The translations under genes and the position numbers were made by a program. The notes under the pieces are model-generated. The model ran no database searches and had not been told where the DNA came from. It saw only the letters and a program-made list of their open reading frames with translations. A DNA stretch of 64,000 bases from Tubulanus polymorphus. Its lineage: Eukaryota > Animalia > Nemertea. Positions 50,839 to 63,181 of the stretch are shown piece by piece (the first letter of the stretch is position 1; each line of letters starts with the position of its first letter). Location: the NCBI RefSeq assembly GCF_964204645.1, contig NC_134027.1, positions 17,260,560-17,324,559 of the forward strand, read 5' to 3'.

Positions 50839-51563
50839 TTAAAAATTAAAATAGAAATAATAGATTGTTGAAGATATGTAATTTTTATTAAATTTTATTT
50901 GAGATAATAAAGATTCAACGTATTGTTCATTATTCGGATCATTGTTCCATTGATCAATAAATTTCTTTGCCTTTGTTAACTGTTCTAAATATAACTGTAA
51001 ATCTAGTGTATTAAATTTTATTTTATTTTCTTTCTTTTCAGGAGGTCTTAAATTTTTCCAATTCCAAATAAGTTTTTTATTGTATTCATCATTCATGTTA
51101 AATTTAGATATCGGTAACGTATGATCAATATAAAAAAAATCTCCATAATTATCTATATTCATTTGACTATCGAATTGATATATTATCCATGATTTAAGAA
51201 ATTTATCTGTACAACCCAACAAATTAGATAGTGTTTCTGAATGTGTTTCTTTGTTGAATAATTGTGTTAATCTAGTCCTTAAACATTGTTTCAATCTGAA
51301 ATTAAGATCTGTTTGATATCTTTCTATCATATATTCTGTCATATAATCATTATAAGCTTCTCTATTATCTTCTCGATATTGTTCCGTATATAGTTTAAAA
51401 CAAGTTTTACAGCAATATTGAAAACCATCTTTGCTAATCTTACGCTTACTAAATTCTGTTGTAGCTAATTTCTTGTAGTATATATTGAACACTTCTTGTA
51501 GTATATATTGATAACACCAGTGTTATTTGTAATATTGATAGTTTGTGGTTGTTCTGGTTCCAT
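50839..51563 (-). pseudogene. HNH-like endonuclease of the type common in large DNA viruses and phages, frameshifted near the N-terminus
   Basis: TEFSK...SKDG...CKTC, FRLKQCLRTRL, LLGC...LKSWI..QF...MNIDNYG..FYIDHTLPISKF...WNWKNLRP...EN; ATG at 51563 in TAAATG. Confidence 0.75.
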
Positions 51564-53041
51564 TTATTATACATATTTTTTTACTAAATTGGTTAATATT
51601 TTAGAATCCTCTTCCATTTCTTCGACCAACGTCATCCTTTTTCATTCCTAGCTGCTTTTGATAAGTTGTTTCAGTTCCTTGATATCTAAATCCTACCACT
51701 GGGCAAAAGCGCGCATACAGGCGCACTTTTGCTTAATGCGCATGCGCTACTCATAATTGAAACGACTGAACATAAAATATCAAAACGTGTTCGCATTAGG
51801 CAAAAGCGCTCTTATAGGAGCGCGTTTGCTTAATGCGCATGCGCTAATCATAATTATATATTCATTCTGTAAATTCTGTAAAAAAGAAACAACCGGCATA
51901 AAATATTAAAACGCGTTCGCATTAGGCAAAACCGCTCTTATAGGAGCACTTTTGCTTAATGCGCATGCGCAAATCATTATTGAAACGACCGAACATAGAA
52001 CATTCACCAAGCAGATTTACACAATACATATACAAGTTGTTCAGTCGTTTCTTCCAATACATCATTTACAAACATTTACAAACATTTTTTCAATTGCCGG
52101 TAAATATTTGACTACATCAACAAATGTTAAACTTAATCATTGGAGTCTTAATGTTTTTGAAATTTTTATATAGTTTCTTCTTCGATCTTTTGTGATTCTT
52201 GTGCTTCTACACCAATTTCTATTGGTTTGTCTTCCATTGCTGTTGATTCCTCAGTCAGAAAGAGTATCTTGAGTTTCTCTATCACTTCTTGATGCGTATG
52301 ACATTTTATTAATCTAAAAGATATCAGCGGTAACTCTAATTATTTAAAAGATATACTAAATACACTTAAATATATCTAAAGGTTTCATATTTAGTAGCCC
52401 CCAATAACTACAAAAAAACAGTACTTACATTTAGATTTAGAACTGTAAACTATAAACTCCTAATTGCGTTTCGAGAGATAGAATATATCCTAAGCGTTAT
52501 GTTACATCATCTATTCAGTTCCGGTGCGATTTCTAGAATGAACACGTCTGCGATTATGACACGTCATCTATTCACAGTTCCGGTACACCTTCTAGAATGT
52601 TCTACGCGTTTGCGATTATGACACGTCATCTATTCAGTTCCGGTACACCTTCTAGAATGTTCTAACGCGTCTGCAGTATTATGACTCATATGTCTCGGCG
52701 TCATAGTAACAGCTGTGACAGCTGTGAATTTATAGATTTATTCCATAGCTCTTTACATGAAATTTATATAGGCTCAAATAGAATCATGTTCTAGTATAAG
52801 CAAATGCTTTGTATTATATCATATCATGTTTATATGAATTATTTCAATCACACTTTACTAACACTTTTGATGTTTAAAAATCTAACTTATACAAATATAA
52901 ATATTGAAATATGTTTAAAATATATCTATTTATCTATTCTATAAGAGCTCGACCTCCGACCTCTGGTCTGAAAACGCCATTTTCTAATTACTTATATATG
53001 TTATTCATTTATATTTTATTCATGTATATGAATATTTTAAC

Positions 53042-53251
53042 AGTAATAGGGATAATAGGGGTTCAGGTTAAAGGTTGAAAGGGCGAGTGATTAAAAAATG
53101 AATAATATGAAAATAATAATAATTTCTATTTGAATTAGGAGTGACTCATAAAAAAAATGAAAAATAAATTCGAGTGTGCGAGAATTATTTTTCATTTTTT
53201 ATGAGCTCGACCTTTCGACCTTTGGCCTGAACCCCTATTATCCCTATTACT
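53042..53251. repeat. 210-bp terminal hairpin of fragment A3
   Basis: AGTAATAGGGATAATAGGGGTTCAGG...CCTGAACCCCTATTATCCCTATTACT; inner stem with the same TTCGAGTGTGCGAGAA loop as A2. Confidence 0.92.
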
Positions 53252-53299
53252 ATGGGCATACAGTTTATGCACTGTAGTAGCATCTGCTTTTGACAAATT

Positions 53300-56200
53300 T
53301 TAAGACTGGTTGGAGTGGAGAGGTTACATGAGATACGCATGCGTAGATCCGACAGTCAATGTTCAACTTGCAAAATTTATCACAAAGTTACAATGGTGAG
53401 GTTAACTGGGTGAGGTTAAAATAAGGGAGGGCATGTAACCTCTCCATTGGTCAGCAGTTCGACAGAATTAGAAACAACCTTCAACTTCCAGGTAAGTCTC
53501 GGTTATTTTTCCAATTCTATCTAACTGCTGACGTCATTACGAGGTTCCATGAGATGTTCAAAGTTTTGATAAATGAGTAAACCATAAAAAAACAACTATA
53601 ACGCAAATCTAAAATTTACAAAAACATAACAGCATATATTTGCTTCAAAATTCAGCAACCCAATCTCAGGGTTTCATAGCAAAACATATCTCCAGCTCAG
53701 GCGAATAAAGCAAAATGTTCGCCTAAAAAACCACTAACAACTTATTCGCACTAACATATTTTCAAAAAAACCACAAAATCCAATCTGCCAAAACCAAGCA
53801 GTAAGTTTTCTAACAAATAACTACTCAAACTCAATGATTTTTAACAATCTTTCACTGCATAAAACAGTACAGATTTGTATACACGAATATTCCAATTCAA
53901 ATTACATTGAAATTTGATTCATCAGCTACAGGTTTCCTGTAATATTTTCTAAACACTGATTGATTTGACCATCCTGCCGTCTTCAATATAGATTGTATAG
54001 GAGTATTATTTCTTTCTGCCGCCGTAGTTGCCGCTGACCTAGACCTGTGAGGCGTAAAAATTTTCATGTCAACTCCTGCCCTTGTAAGCATTACTCTTAT
54101 CCACCTTGACAATGTATCTCTACTTATAGGTCCGTGTGGTTTCACATATGAAATAAAAAATTTTGTTGTATCACACCACGCAGTTTTTCTGTTCGATTAA
54201 GGTAAACTTTACAATAGTTCACAATACAAAGGCGTCTGTCTGGTACATAGGCTTTTAATGTTATCTCGGCCTGATTGAAACTTGGCCTAGACTGTTCTAA
54301 CAAATCACCAAACCGAATTTTTAACTTGTTTGTGGTAAGCGTTTAATTTCTCAAGTCGATCAGATATAGAGAATGTCCTCGTTGACCAGTTAACAGCGCC
54401 AGTAATAAAACAAGCTTTAATGTGAGATCTTTTAGTGACACACTAACTGCCGGAGACAGGCCTTTCAGGAAATTTAATACTGGTTCCACCGACCAAATAA
54501 CCCTATTTCTGGGTAAAGCTGGCCTTAAAGTAAATATACCTCGAAATATGAATCGACAAACTATGGGTACCAGACAAATAGGAGTTTTATCTACATAAAA
54601 AAAGTAGAAAGCGCTGATCTCGCTGTATTAATGGCACTGTAACTTAGGCCTTTAGAATACAACTCAGATAATTGATCTAGTACATTAATTACATTTCCCT
54701 CGTAGGGATCGGCATTCCTCCGAGCACAAAAACCGAGCCATTTGCGAATTTGCGTTGAGTATTGATCCCGTGAAGATTCTCGCCACGATGCCGTGATAAT
54801 GTCTCTAACTTCCTGAGAAAACATTCCGTCTGTTGTTGTACGCCCGATATCCTCGCCGCGAAAAGATTCATCTTCGGTAGCTCGCTCATCTGTCTGGACG
54901 GATGCGTAAGAAGAGTGCTGTGGACGCTGGACGATAGGAGAATAGGATAATCAATTAGCATGTTTTCACATTTAGAAAACAAATATTGTGTAGTGATCCA
55001 AACAGGAGCCACAATGATTGCCTGAGCACTTTCTGCTTGGATTTTTTTGTAGCGTCTTGCCCACCAAATAGAATGGTGGGAACGCATAGACTAACTCTTC
55101 ATTCCACGGTACAGAGAATGCATCAACTGCTTCTGCCTGTTGATCCGGTTTCCAGGAGAAAAACCTTGAAGCCTTGTGATTATTTCGGGACGCAAAAAAG
55201 ATCAATAGCTGGCTCACCCCAAATTTGACACAACTTTCTTAACACTCTCTCATGCAGGCCCCATTCAGTGTTATCATGGTCAGTACGACTCATAGCGTCT
55301 GCCTCAGTGTTTAGGGCTCCTGGCAGATAAGCAGCTGTCAACCATAAACCTCTAGCCTTGCACCAAAGCCAAGTTTCCCTAGCTATAGCATTACATCTTT
55401 CCTTTCTGCCGCCCATATTATTTAAGTAGGCGACCGCGACTTGATTATCAATCAAGATATGAGTATCCGTTTCCGTTTTACACAAAGCTTGTAGGGTGAA
55501 AAGGGCAGCTTTCATCTCAAGTTGGTTTATATGCAATGCTGCGTCCCAGCTATACCAATTTCCATCCGTCTTAAGATTTCCTCTTGTTCCTCCCCACCCT
55601 ATGCCACTAGCGTCAGAAGTGAGGAAAATTTCTGCTGGGGGCCTGGAGATTGGATGGCTAACTTTCATTATATTTTGAGTCCACCACTGCAGATCCTCTC
55701 TGCGCTCTTGATTGAGTTTCATTTTAGCGTTATAATTTCCAGCAGAATTGTTCAGCTCTCTAGTCTAAAGATTGTCACACCTTCTATAGTATAGTTTGCC
55801 ATACTCAACGGCTTAAAACTAGCCACCATCGTACCCACTAGAACTGCTAAGTCCTGTATCTTAATAGACTCTTTTTTGAGGGCGTTGCTGGCAAGTTTCA
55901 AAATGTTTCCCTTCTTTCTTGAGTGAGGGATATAGTCATTTTTATAGAATCAAAAACCACGCCAGCAAACGTAACCCTTTGAGCAGTGTCCATTATTGAT
56001 TTTACAGGATGAGTAATGAAACCTGCGCAATCAGCTCATGGGTATCCCTGACAGTCTTTCTGCACAGTTGTAAGGTCTGAGCGACCATAAAACAGTCATC
56101 AATCCAGGTAACCAATTGATGACCCTGCTTCCTCAATTGAGAGAGAATCACCTTGACAATCTTAGTGAACAACCTCGGAGCTGACGTTAGTCCGTTCGGC

Positions 56201-57060
56201 ATGGCATTGTAGGAATAGTTTTTATCTCTCCACCTGAACTTGAAATATTTTCTAAATTGGTCTGCAACAGGAATACAATAATACGCATCTTTCCAATCAA
56301 TAGTGGCCATAAAACATTTAGGAGTAATCAAGTTAATGGAAGAATCTAGGGTGTCCATCTTAAAATGATGATATACAATGACTTCATTAAGTTCAGTAAG
56401 ATCTAAGATAACTCTCAAAGATCCATCTTTCTTATCTCTAGTAAATATGTTGAATACAAATTGGTCTCGTTCTTTTTTCGACTCTTGAATGACACATTTC
56501 TGGAGCATTTTCTCTTCTTCCAAATCTATCTTGTGTGACTTGGTGACATTAAAACAGTATGGTTTAGGTTCTCTAAACTTGTTGGGTACATTCTCAAATT
56601 CTATTTCGATGCCCCTAACCAACGACAGGATGTGTCGATCAGACGAAAGAGTTTTCCAAAAATCCAAAAACTGAGCAATTCTGCCAGCTTTAAAATTGTT
56701 TACATCTGACTGAGCTTTAGCCAAGATGGACACCTTATATTCATCCCACTCTAGATCAAAACTAGTTACCTGCCTGTTAGCTACTTGTTCCTTTCGGCCT
56801 TCTTTTTGGTGCCCTGGTTGCTTTGGTATGACCTCACTCTGTTGCCGCGGCCTCTCTGTTACTGAGTGATGGTATTGTTGGTTGGAGGATTGATTATTGG
56901 AGTACTGTTGGCGGGAGCGTTGGTATTGGTAATGGTACGCACCGCCACCTCGTTTCGTTAGAAAATGAGGTCTCATTTTATAATTCTGTATTTTAGAGTC
57001 ACGTTGAGAATACTCTTTGTCGAATATGGCGCAAACTTTAGAGAGGTCATTGAGCTCTTT
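53300..57060 (-). mobile_element. DIRS1-like tyrosine-recombinase retrotransposon, 5'-truncated and frameshifted
   Basis: RT (LRVILDL, IDWKDAY, MPNGLTSAPRLFTK, WIDDC), RNase H (LTSDAS, HINQLEM, IDNQ, ADAMSR), DNA methyltransferase-like domain (AVDAF, YAFPPF), tyrosine recombinase (FTPH..RSA, AGWS, FRKYY); complementary blocks at 53317/53432 and 53451/53508 resemble ITR/ICR. Confidence 0.92.
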
Positions 57061-57224
57061 GAGCTCTCATTTTTCTACTCACTCGCCCTCTCAACCTTTA
57101 ACCTGAACCCCTATATTCTCAATTACTCCTAATAATGTTCATATATATGAATAACATATAAATGAATAACATTTATAAATGAATAACTTCTAAAATCAAT
57201 TTTAATAAAAAATATGTTATTAAA

Positions 57225-57566
57225 ATGGAGAGTAAACAAATACACAGTGAATTCTTAAATAGAATCAAAGATATTACAAATGTCAAATCTGTATATTATA
57301 AATTTAAGAAGTTAAATAAATTAACAATTCATAAGAAATATTTAATTAAAAATATTGATACAGCTTCTAATAAATATGGGGATAGATTAATAATTCACTT
57401 AGAATATGAAGGGTTAAAATGAAATAAATATAAATTCGGAACATATTTACCAGATAGATTTTATGGATTATCAAGTGAAGATTTAGAAGAATTACGTTCA
57501 GGTTTTTTCTATTTCATATATAAAGGTAAGAACGAAAAAGGGCACCATGAAATAGATTTCGAATAA
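57225..57566 (+). pseudogene. Small basic terminal protein (homolog of 49407-49690)
   Basis: One internal stop at 57420; KYG and YLP motifs. Confidence 0.6.
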
Positions 57567-57580
57567 AATATGTAAAATAA

Positions 57581-58345
57581 ATGGCAGAATTAAAAGAATA
57601 CAGAATATTTCATTTCATTATTTTGATTCAAGAAGACTTACAAATTATAAATCACATAATTTACTTGTACAATTAGATAGATAATTTGAAAAATTGCGTT
57701 GATTTAAAATTAGTAAATATAAGTATATGTAATTCGTTTTATAATGTATCGGATAAAAGTCAATTTATTCTTTGATGATTCATGTAAGGAGAAATAATAA
57801 ATGATATCATCTATTTTTAAGACCAGGATTATATAATTTAGAGACTTTAGCGCAAGAAATTAATGGAAAAGGTAAAACAAAAATGAGCGCAGCTGCTGGA
57901 TTTGGAATTAAATTTTTAAAAAGCGATAATAATAATAAATTAAGAATTAAGTTAGCTAATGAAGAACAACATAAATTTATAGTAAGAAAACCATTAGCTA
58001 AGCTGTTAGGAATTACACCAAATAAACTTTATTCAAATGTTGATTCTACACCAAATATAATGCCTTTTACACATTTTTATATTTATTGCAATTTAATTGA
58101 TCCTACAAAAACATTTGAAGCAACTAAAGATACAATTTGTAATTCTAGTATATTGAATATTTTACCATTAAAAAATTTCAAACAATTTGGAACTCAAATA
58201 AATTATAATTTAGGTGAATGTGATTTTAAACCATGCATTCTACATTCTAACAATTTTGAATTAGAAATAAGAAATCATAATGGATACTTAATTGATTTTG
58301 ACTTTCCTGTAATTTATGAATTAGTTATAAGATGTAAAGATAAAT
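57581..58345 (+). pseudogene. Putative minor capsid protein (homolog of 41143-41896)
   Basis: High similarity, e.g. THFYIYCNLIDPTKTFEATKD and LEIRNHNGYLID. Confidence 0.6.
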
Positions 58346-58954
58346 TGACTGTTGGTTATACAATGGTATTAAAAAAGTATTTAGAACGGGAAGTATTAAT
58401 GTTGATAAATTTGATATAAATGATATTTTGAAATTAACGTTAGCAGTAACTTTATCTAATTTAACAATTGATTATTTTGAAAAACAAAAATATATTCCTC
58501 CTATATAAATGCATAATTTCTAAATAAATGGCTTCTGCAATTATAACTATTATAGGATCGGCAATTTTTAACGCTTTGGCATTTACTGGTGGTGGGTATT
58601 TGTTTAAGCATATTGATAAAAATAGTTCATTAGGAGAACAAAGAAGACATAATTTAGCATTAGAGAAATACAATAAAGCCGCAGAAGAATATAGAGAAAA
58701 GAGACAAAACTATATGGATTACATTAACAAAGAATTATATAATCAGAAAATTACACATAGAGATTTTCAATCAGTCGATGATGCAATGAGTTTTTAGAAC
58801 GCAGTAACAAATAAAGAAAAATTACATTTACGTAAACCTTAATTATCAGATTATTATACACCAAGTAGTGAACAACAAAAATATGAAATAATTTGGATTG
58901 TAGATGGAACAGTTATTGTATTATTTCTTGCTTATAAATTGACAAATTAGTAAT

Positions 58955-60674
58955 AATAATAATAATAATCTTATTTATATACCGCTTTACACTGCGTTTC
59001 AAGGCGGTTTACAATAATGAATACATTAAGATAATAATATAGTTTTAATAAAACATTAGTTATCATAATACTGAGTAAAAAGAAATGTTTTAAGATTGGC
59101 TTTAAAATAATTAATATCATCACTAGTACGTAAGGTTAAAGGTAGATTATTCCATAAAACAGGGGCAGCGCAAGCAAAAGCTCGATTACCGTAAAAAATT
59201 GTATTGCATGACACATGAGACAGTTTAAACATATTAGCTGACCTTAATGAACGATTCGGTTTGTACAGAGACACTAACTTGCTAAGGTAAGGAGGTGCTA
59301 GACCATGAATACATTTAAAAACCAAAAGTAAAACTTTGAATTGTATACGTTTACAAACAGGTAACCAATGTAAGCTAAATAAAACAGGGGTGATATGGTC
59401 ATATTTAGAACCTTGAGTAATTAACCTAGCTGCTGAATTTTGGATGGTTTGAAGTTTTGACATTTGATAATCTGTAATTCCAAGTAATAAACTGTTACAA
59501 TAATCTAGTCTTGACGGGATAAAACAATGATCACGCTTTTCAGTAGTGGCTGTATCGAGTAATGATCGAATTTTACTAATTCTGTATAATGCAAGTGATG
59601 CCACTTTACAGATATGTTTAATATGATTATCCATTGTCATGAAGCTATCAAAATAAAATACAAGGTTGCGTACTGTTGAAGAGAGAAATATTGTGGAATC
59701 ACCTACACATAATCCATTAAAAACATTATTCACTTTTCTGAATTTGGATGAGAATAAAATAACTTCAGTTTTTGAATCATTTAGAAATAAGAGATGATCT
59801 CTCATCCAAACACGTATATCCACGACACATTTTTCAATTATTGGTACAGCAGTATTTGGTTCCCTGCAGACCATGTATAACTGTGAGTCATCTGCAAACA
59901 ACATGTAATCCAAATTGTGCTTCTCTATTACGTCGGCAAGTGGAGCGGTGTAAAGGGTGAACAAGAGGGGACCTAAAACTGATCCCTGAGGGACGCCACA
60001 TAACAAATCTGATAAGTTTCCAACTTTTCCACTTAAAATACACTGTTGTTTGCGATCACTAAGGTAGGATTTGAACCAATTAAGTGCTACACCACTTACC
60101 CCAAAACGATGTTCTAATGTATGAATCAGAATAGAGTGGTCAATAGTGTCAAATGCAGAACTTAAATCCAACAGAACTAAAATAGTGTGATTACCCTTAT
60201 CTACAGATTGAAGAATATCATTAGAAACCCAAAGCAAGGCAGTTTCAGTACTGTAACATGCCCTGTAGGCAGACTGAAATTTTGTATAAAGGTCATACTT
60301 TGACAAATGATCATTAACCTGTTCAAAAACAAATTTTTCCAGTAGTTTGGCAGCAAAAGGTAAGTTTGACACAGGTCTATAGTTATTTAGAATATCAGGA
60401 TCAAGGTTAGGCTTTTTTATAAGAGGCCTAACTTAAGCATGCTTATATTCACTAGGTACTTCTCCAGTTATTAGAGAAAAATTTATAATTTTAGTGAGTG
60501 CAGGCGCCACATCATCCGTACACTTTTTAAGAATTGAAATGGGTATTTGGTCCAACTCACACTGTTTATTAGGCGCATTCAAAATTTTCTTTTTCACATC
60601 ATCAACTGAGACCTCGGAGAAACTGGAAAAACTATGGTCACATGGTTTTTCAGGTGGTAATGGTTGGGGATTAA
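58955..60674 (-). mobile_element. 5'-truncated L2-clade LINE inserted in Polinton A4
   Basis: RT motifs NYRPVSNLP, LDLSSAFD, GVPQGS, FADD and L2-type LHWLPV...FK; (TAA)n tail; TSD TAGTAAT at 58948-58954 and 60675-60681, a site that is single in element B (about 42940). Confidence 0.92.
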
Positions 60675-61146
60675 TAGTAATTTCTTTTCTAAATAAATGG
60701 ATGATAAAGTTGATAATATTGATATTATTCCTCATGATATAAATGAAACTAAATTGAAAATATATTTAGAAAAACAAATATTAGAATTAGAAAGTGACTT
60801 AAAGATAAAAAAGAAAAAATATTTGAAATCTAAAATTATATATTATTTTATTATTAGTGGTTCAGTTAAACAAGTTCTGTAATAACATTTTTAGCAATAT
60901 TCTCACCATTAACTCCTTTAGCTATATCAATTGGTGTGTTAGGGTTAAGTTCAAGTTTTTTAACTGGTATAAGTTCAAAATTAAATATAAAAAGTAACAA
61001 AGAAAAAACAAAATCTAATATAAAAGAAATTTATAAATTAAAAAATACACTCGATTATATTATAAGTTTAAATGGTAATATAACAATTGAAGAACAGGAT
61101 AAACTATTAAAAGAATTAATTAATTATTAATTTGTCAATTATATAA

Positions 61147-63165
61147 ATGGGGTTTCTAAAAGCTTTCCAATATAATAACTCAATTAAATATAATATTCCT
61201 GCAATAGATTTTAATAGAAATATTTCATATAAAATTTAGTTTTGAACTCATTAGTTAATATAGAAATTTACGTAGCCGAAACAAATTATTTTATTTCTTA
61301 AATGGAAAATATATTCAATACATATGATGTTACTTTTACTCGGGATGAATATAATATATATAAAATAAAATGTTATATGAAATATTGGCAGAATCAAGTA
61401 AATTTTGCTGTTTATTGTGCAACAACAGGGTGTGGTATAAGTTGGAACAATCATCTTAATATTTTAGTTAAAAATTTGTCTTATTCAGATTTAAAATTCA
61501 TTCATACAATATTTAGATTTCACACATATTTTCAAATCAGAACTATATTAAACGAATTAGAATGCCCTTTACCTGGATCGAAATATTTTAGAGAATTGGA
61601 TAATAATATTAATCTATCTAAGTTTTATAAAATATCTAATGAATTTAATATAAATATTAATTCCGATTTTAGAGCGCATGGTAAATTACATGGTGTTGGT
61701 GAACAGTTTGAAATAAAAAGAATTGATTATATGCATAGAGTTGGTGCTTATCCTAATTATAAAATTGATAATAATGATGGTTGGGTTTATTTTATTTTAG
61801 ATAATAGTGAAGGTTTTACTAAATTAGGTATACAAAGAATAAATCAATCTATTAGAATATATTTATTTTGTATTCTAGGTGCACAGGTTGAAACAAGATC
61901 CCCCAATAGTTGGAAATGATAACACTTCATTTGACGCGCAGAAACAATTCAGTGTTGGTGAACAGTTTGAAATAAAAAGAATTGATTATATGCATAAAGT
62001 TGGTGCTTATCCTAATTATAGAATTGATAATAATGATGGTTGGGTTTATTTTATTTTAGATAATAGTGAAGGTTTTACTAAATTAGGTATACAAAGAATA
62101 AATCAATCTATTAGAATATATTTATTTTGTATTCTAGGTGCACAGGTTGAAACAAGATCCCCCAATAGTTGGAAATGATAACACTTCATTTGACGCGCAG
62201 AAACAATTCAGATTTAAAATTCATTCATATAATATTTAGATTTCACACATATTTTCAAATCAGAACTATATTAAACGAATTAGAATGCCCTTTACCTGGT
62301 TCGAAATATTTTAAAGAATTGGATAATAATATTAATCTATCTTAGTTTTATAAAATATCTAATGAATTTGATATAAATATTAATTCCGATTTTAGAGCGC
62401 ATGGTAAATTACATGGTGTTGGTGAACAGTTTGAAATAAAAAGAATTGATTATATGCATAGAGTTGGTGCTTATCATAATTATAAAATTGATAATAATGA
62501 TGGTTGGGTTTATTTCATTTTAGATGATAGTGAAGGTTTTACTAAATTAGGTATACAAAGAATAAATCAATCTATTAAAATATATTTGATTTGTATTCTA
62601 GGTGCACAGGTTGAAACAAGATCCCCAATAGTTGGAAATGATAACACTTCATTTGACGCGCAGAAACAATTTAAAGTTTTATTTGAAGATTCAATTCATA
62701 ATGATAAAAATAGATCGATTCCAGAAAACATTGTAAGATATCAAAATTATTTAGATAAATCTCATGTAAGATTAAATTATTGTATAGGTCCTAATCTATC
62801 AATTATTTCTAATGTGTTAGTATTAAAGATTGAAAATATAATTGGTTATAATAATTTGATTAAGACTGCAACAATAAATAATTCATATGGTTTAAATGAT
62901 ATAAATAAACAGATTATTACTGCTCCAAAATTAATGGAAGGTGAAAAAATTAAAAAACATATTCAATCAACTGAAACTAAAACTAAAAATATCAAATTAA
63001 ATAATGATTCTAAACCGGATTACAATACATCAGAAAATATAAAATTGACATTATTCAACATGAAATAATTAAAAGTAATAATGATAATAAATCACATGAA
63101 AATACTAAATTAGCTATAACTTGTATAGGAATTGTAATAGGAGGAATATCATATTTTAAATTTTA
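61147..63165 (+). pseudogene. Homolog of the 43412-44677 protein with internal tandem duplications
   Basis: YWQNQVNFAVYCATTGCGIS; the segment HRVGAYPNYKIDNNDGW...GAQVETRSP occurs three times. Confidence 0.8.
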
Positions 63166-63181
63166 ATTTTTTATTATATAA

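Larger units (their letters stand above)
50640..53251 (-). mobile_element. Polinton-related terminal fragment A3 (left limit uncertain)
   Basis: 52833-52948 is nearly identical to 1524-1640; ends in an AGTAATAGGG...CCCTATTACT hairpin; contains a TAAATG-started ORF. Confidence 0.7.
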
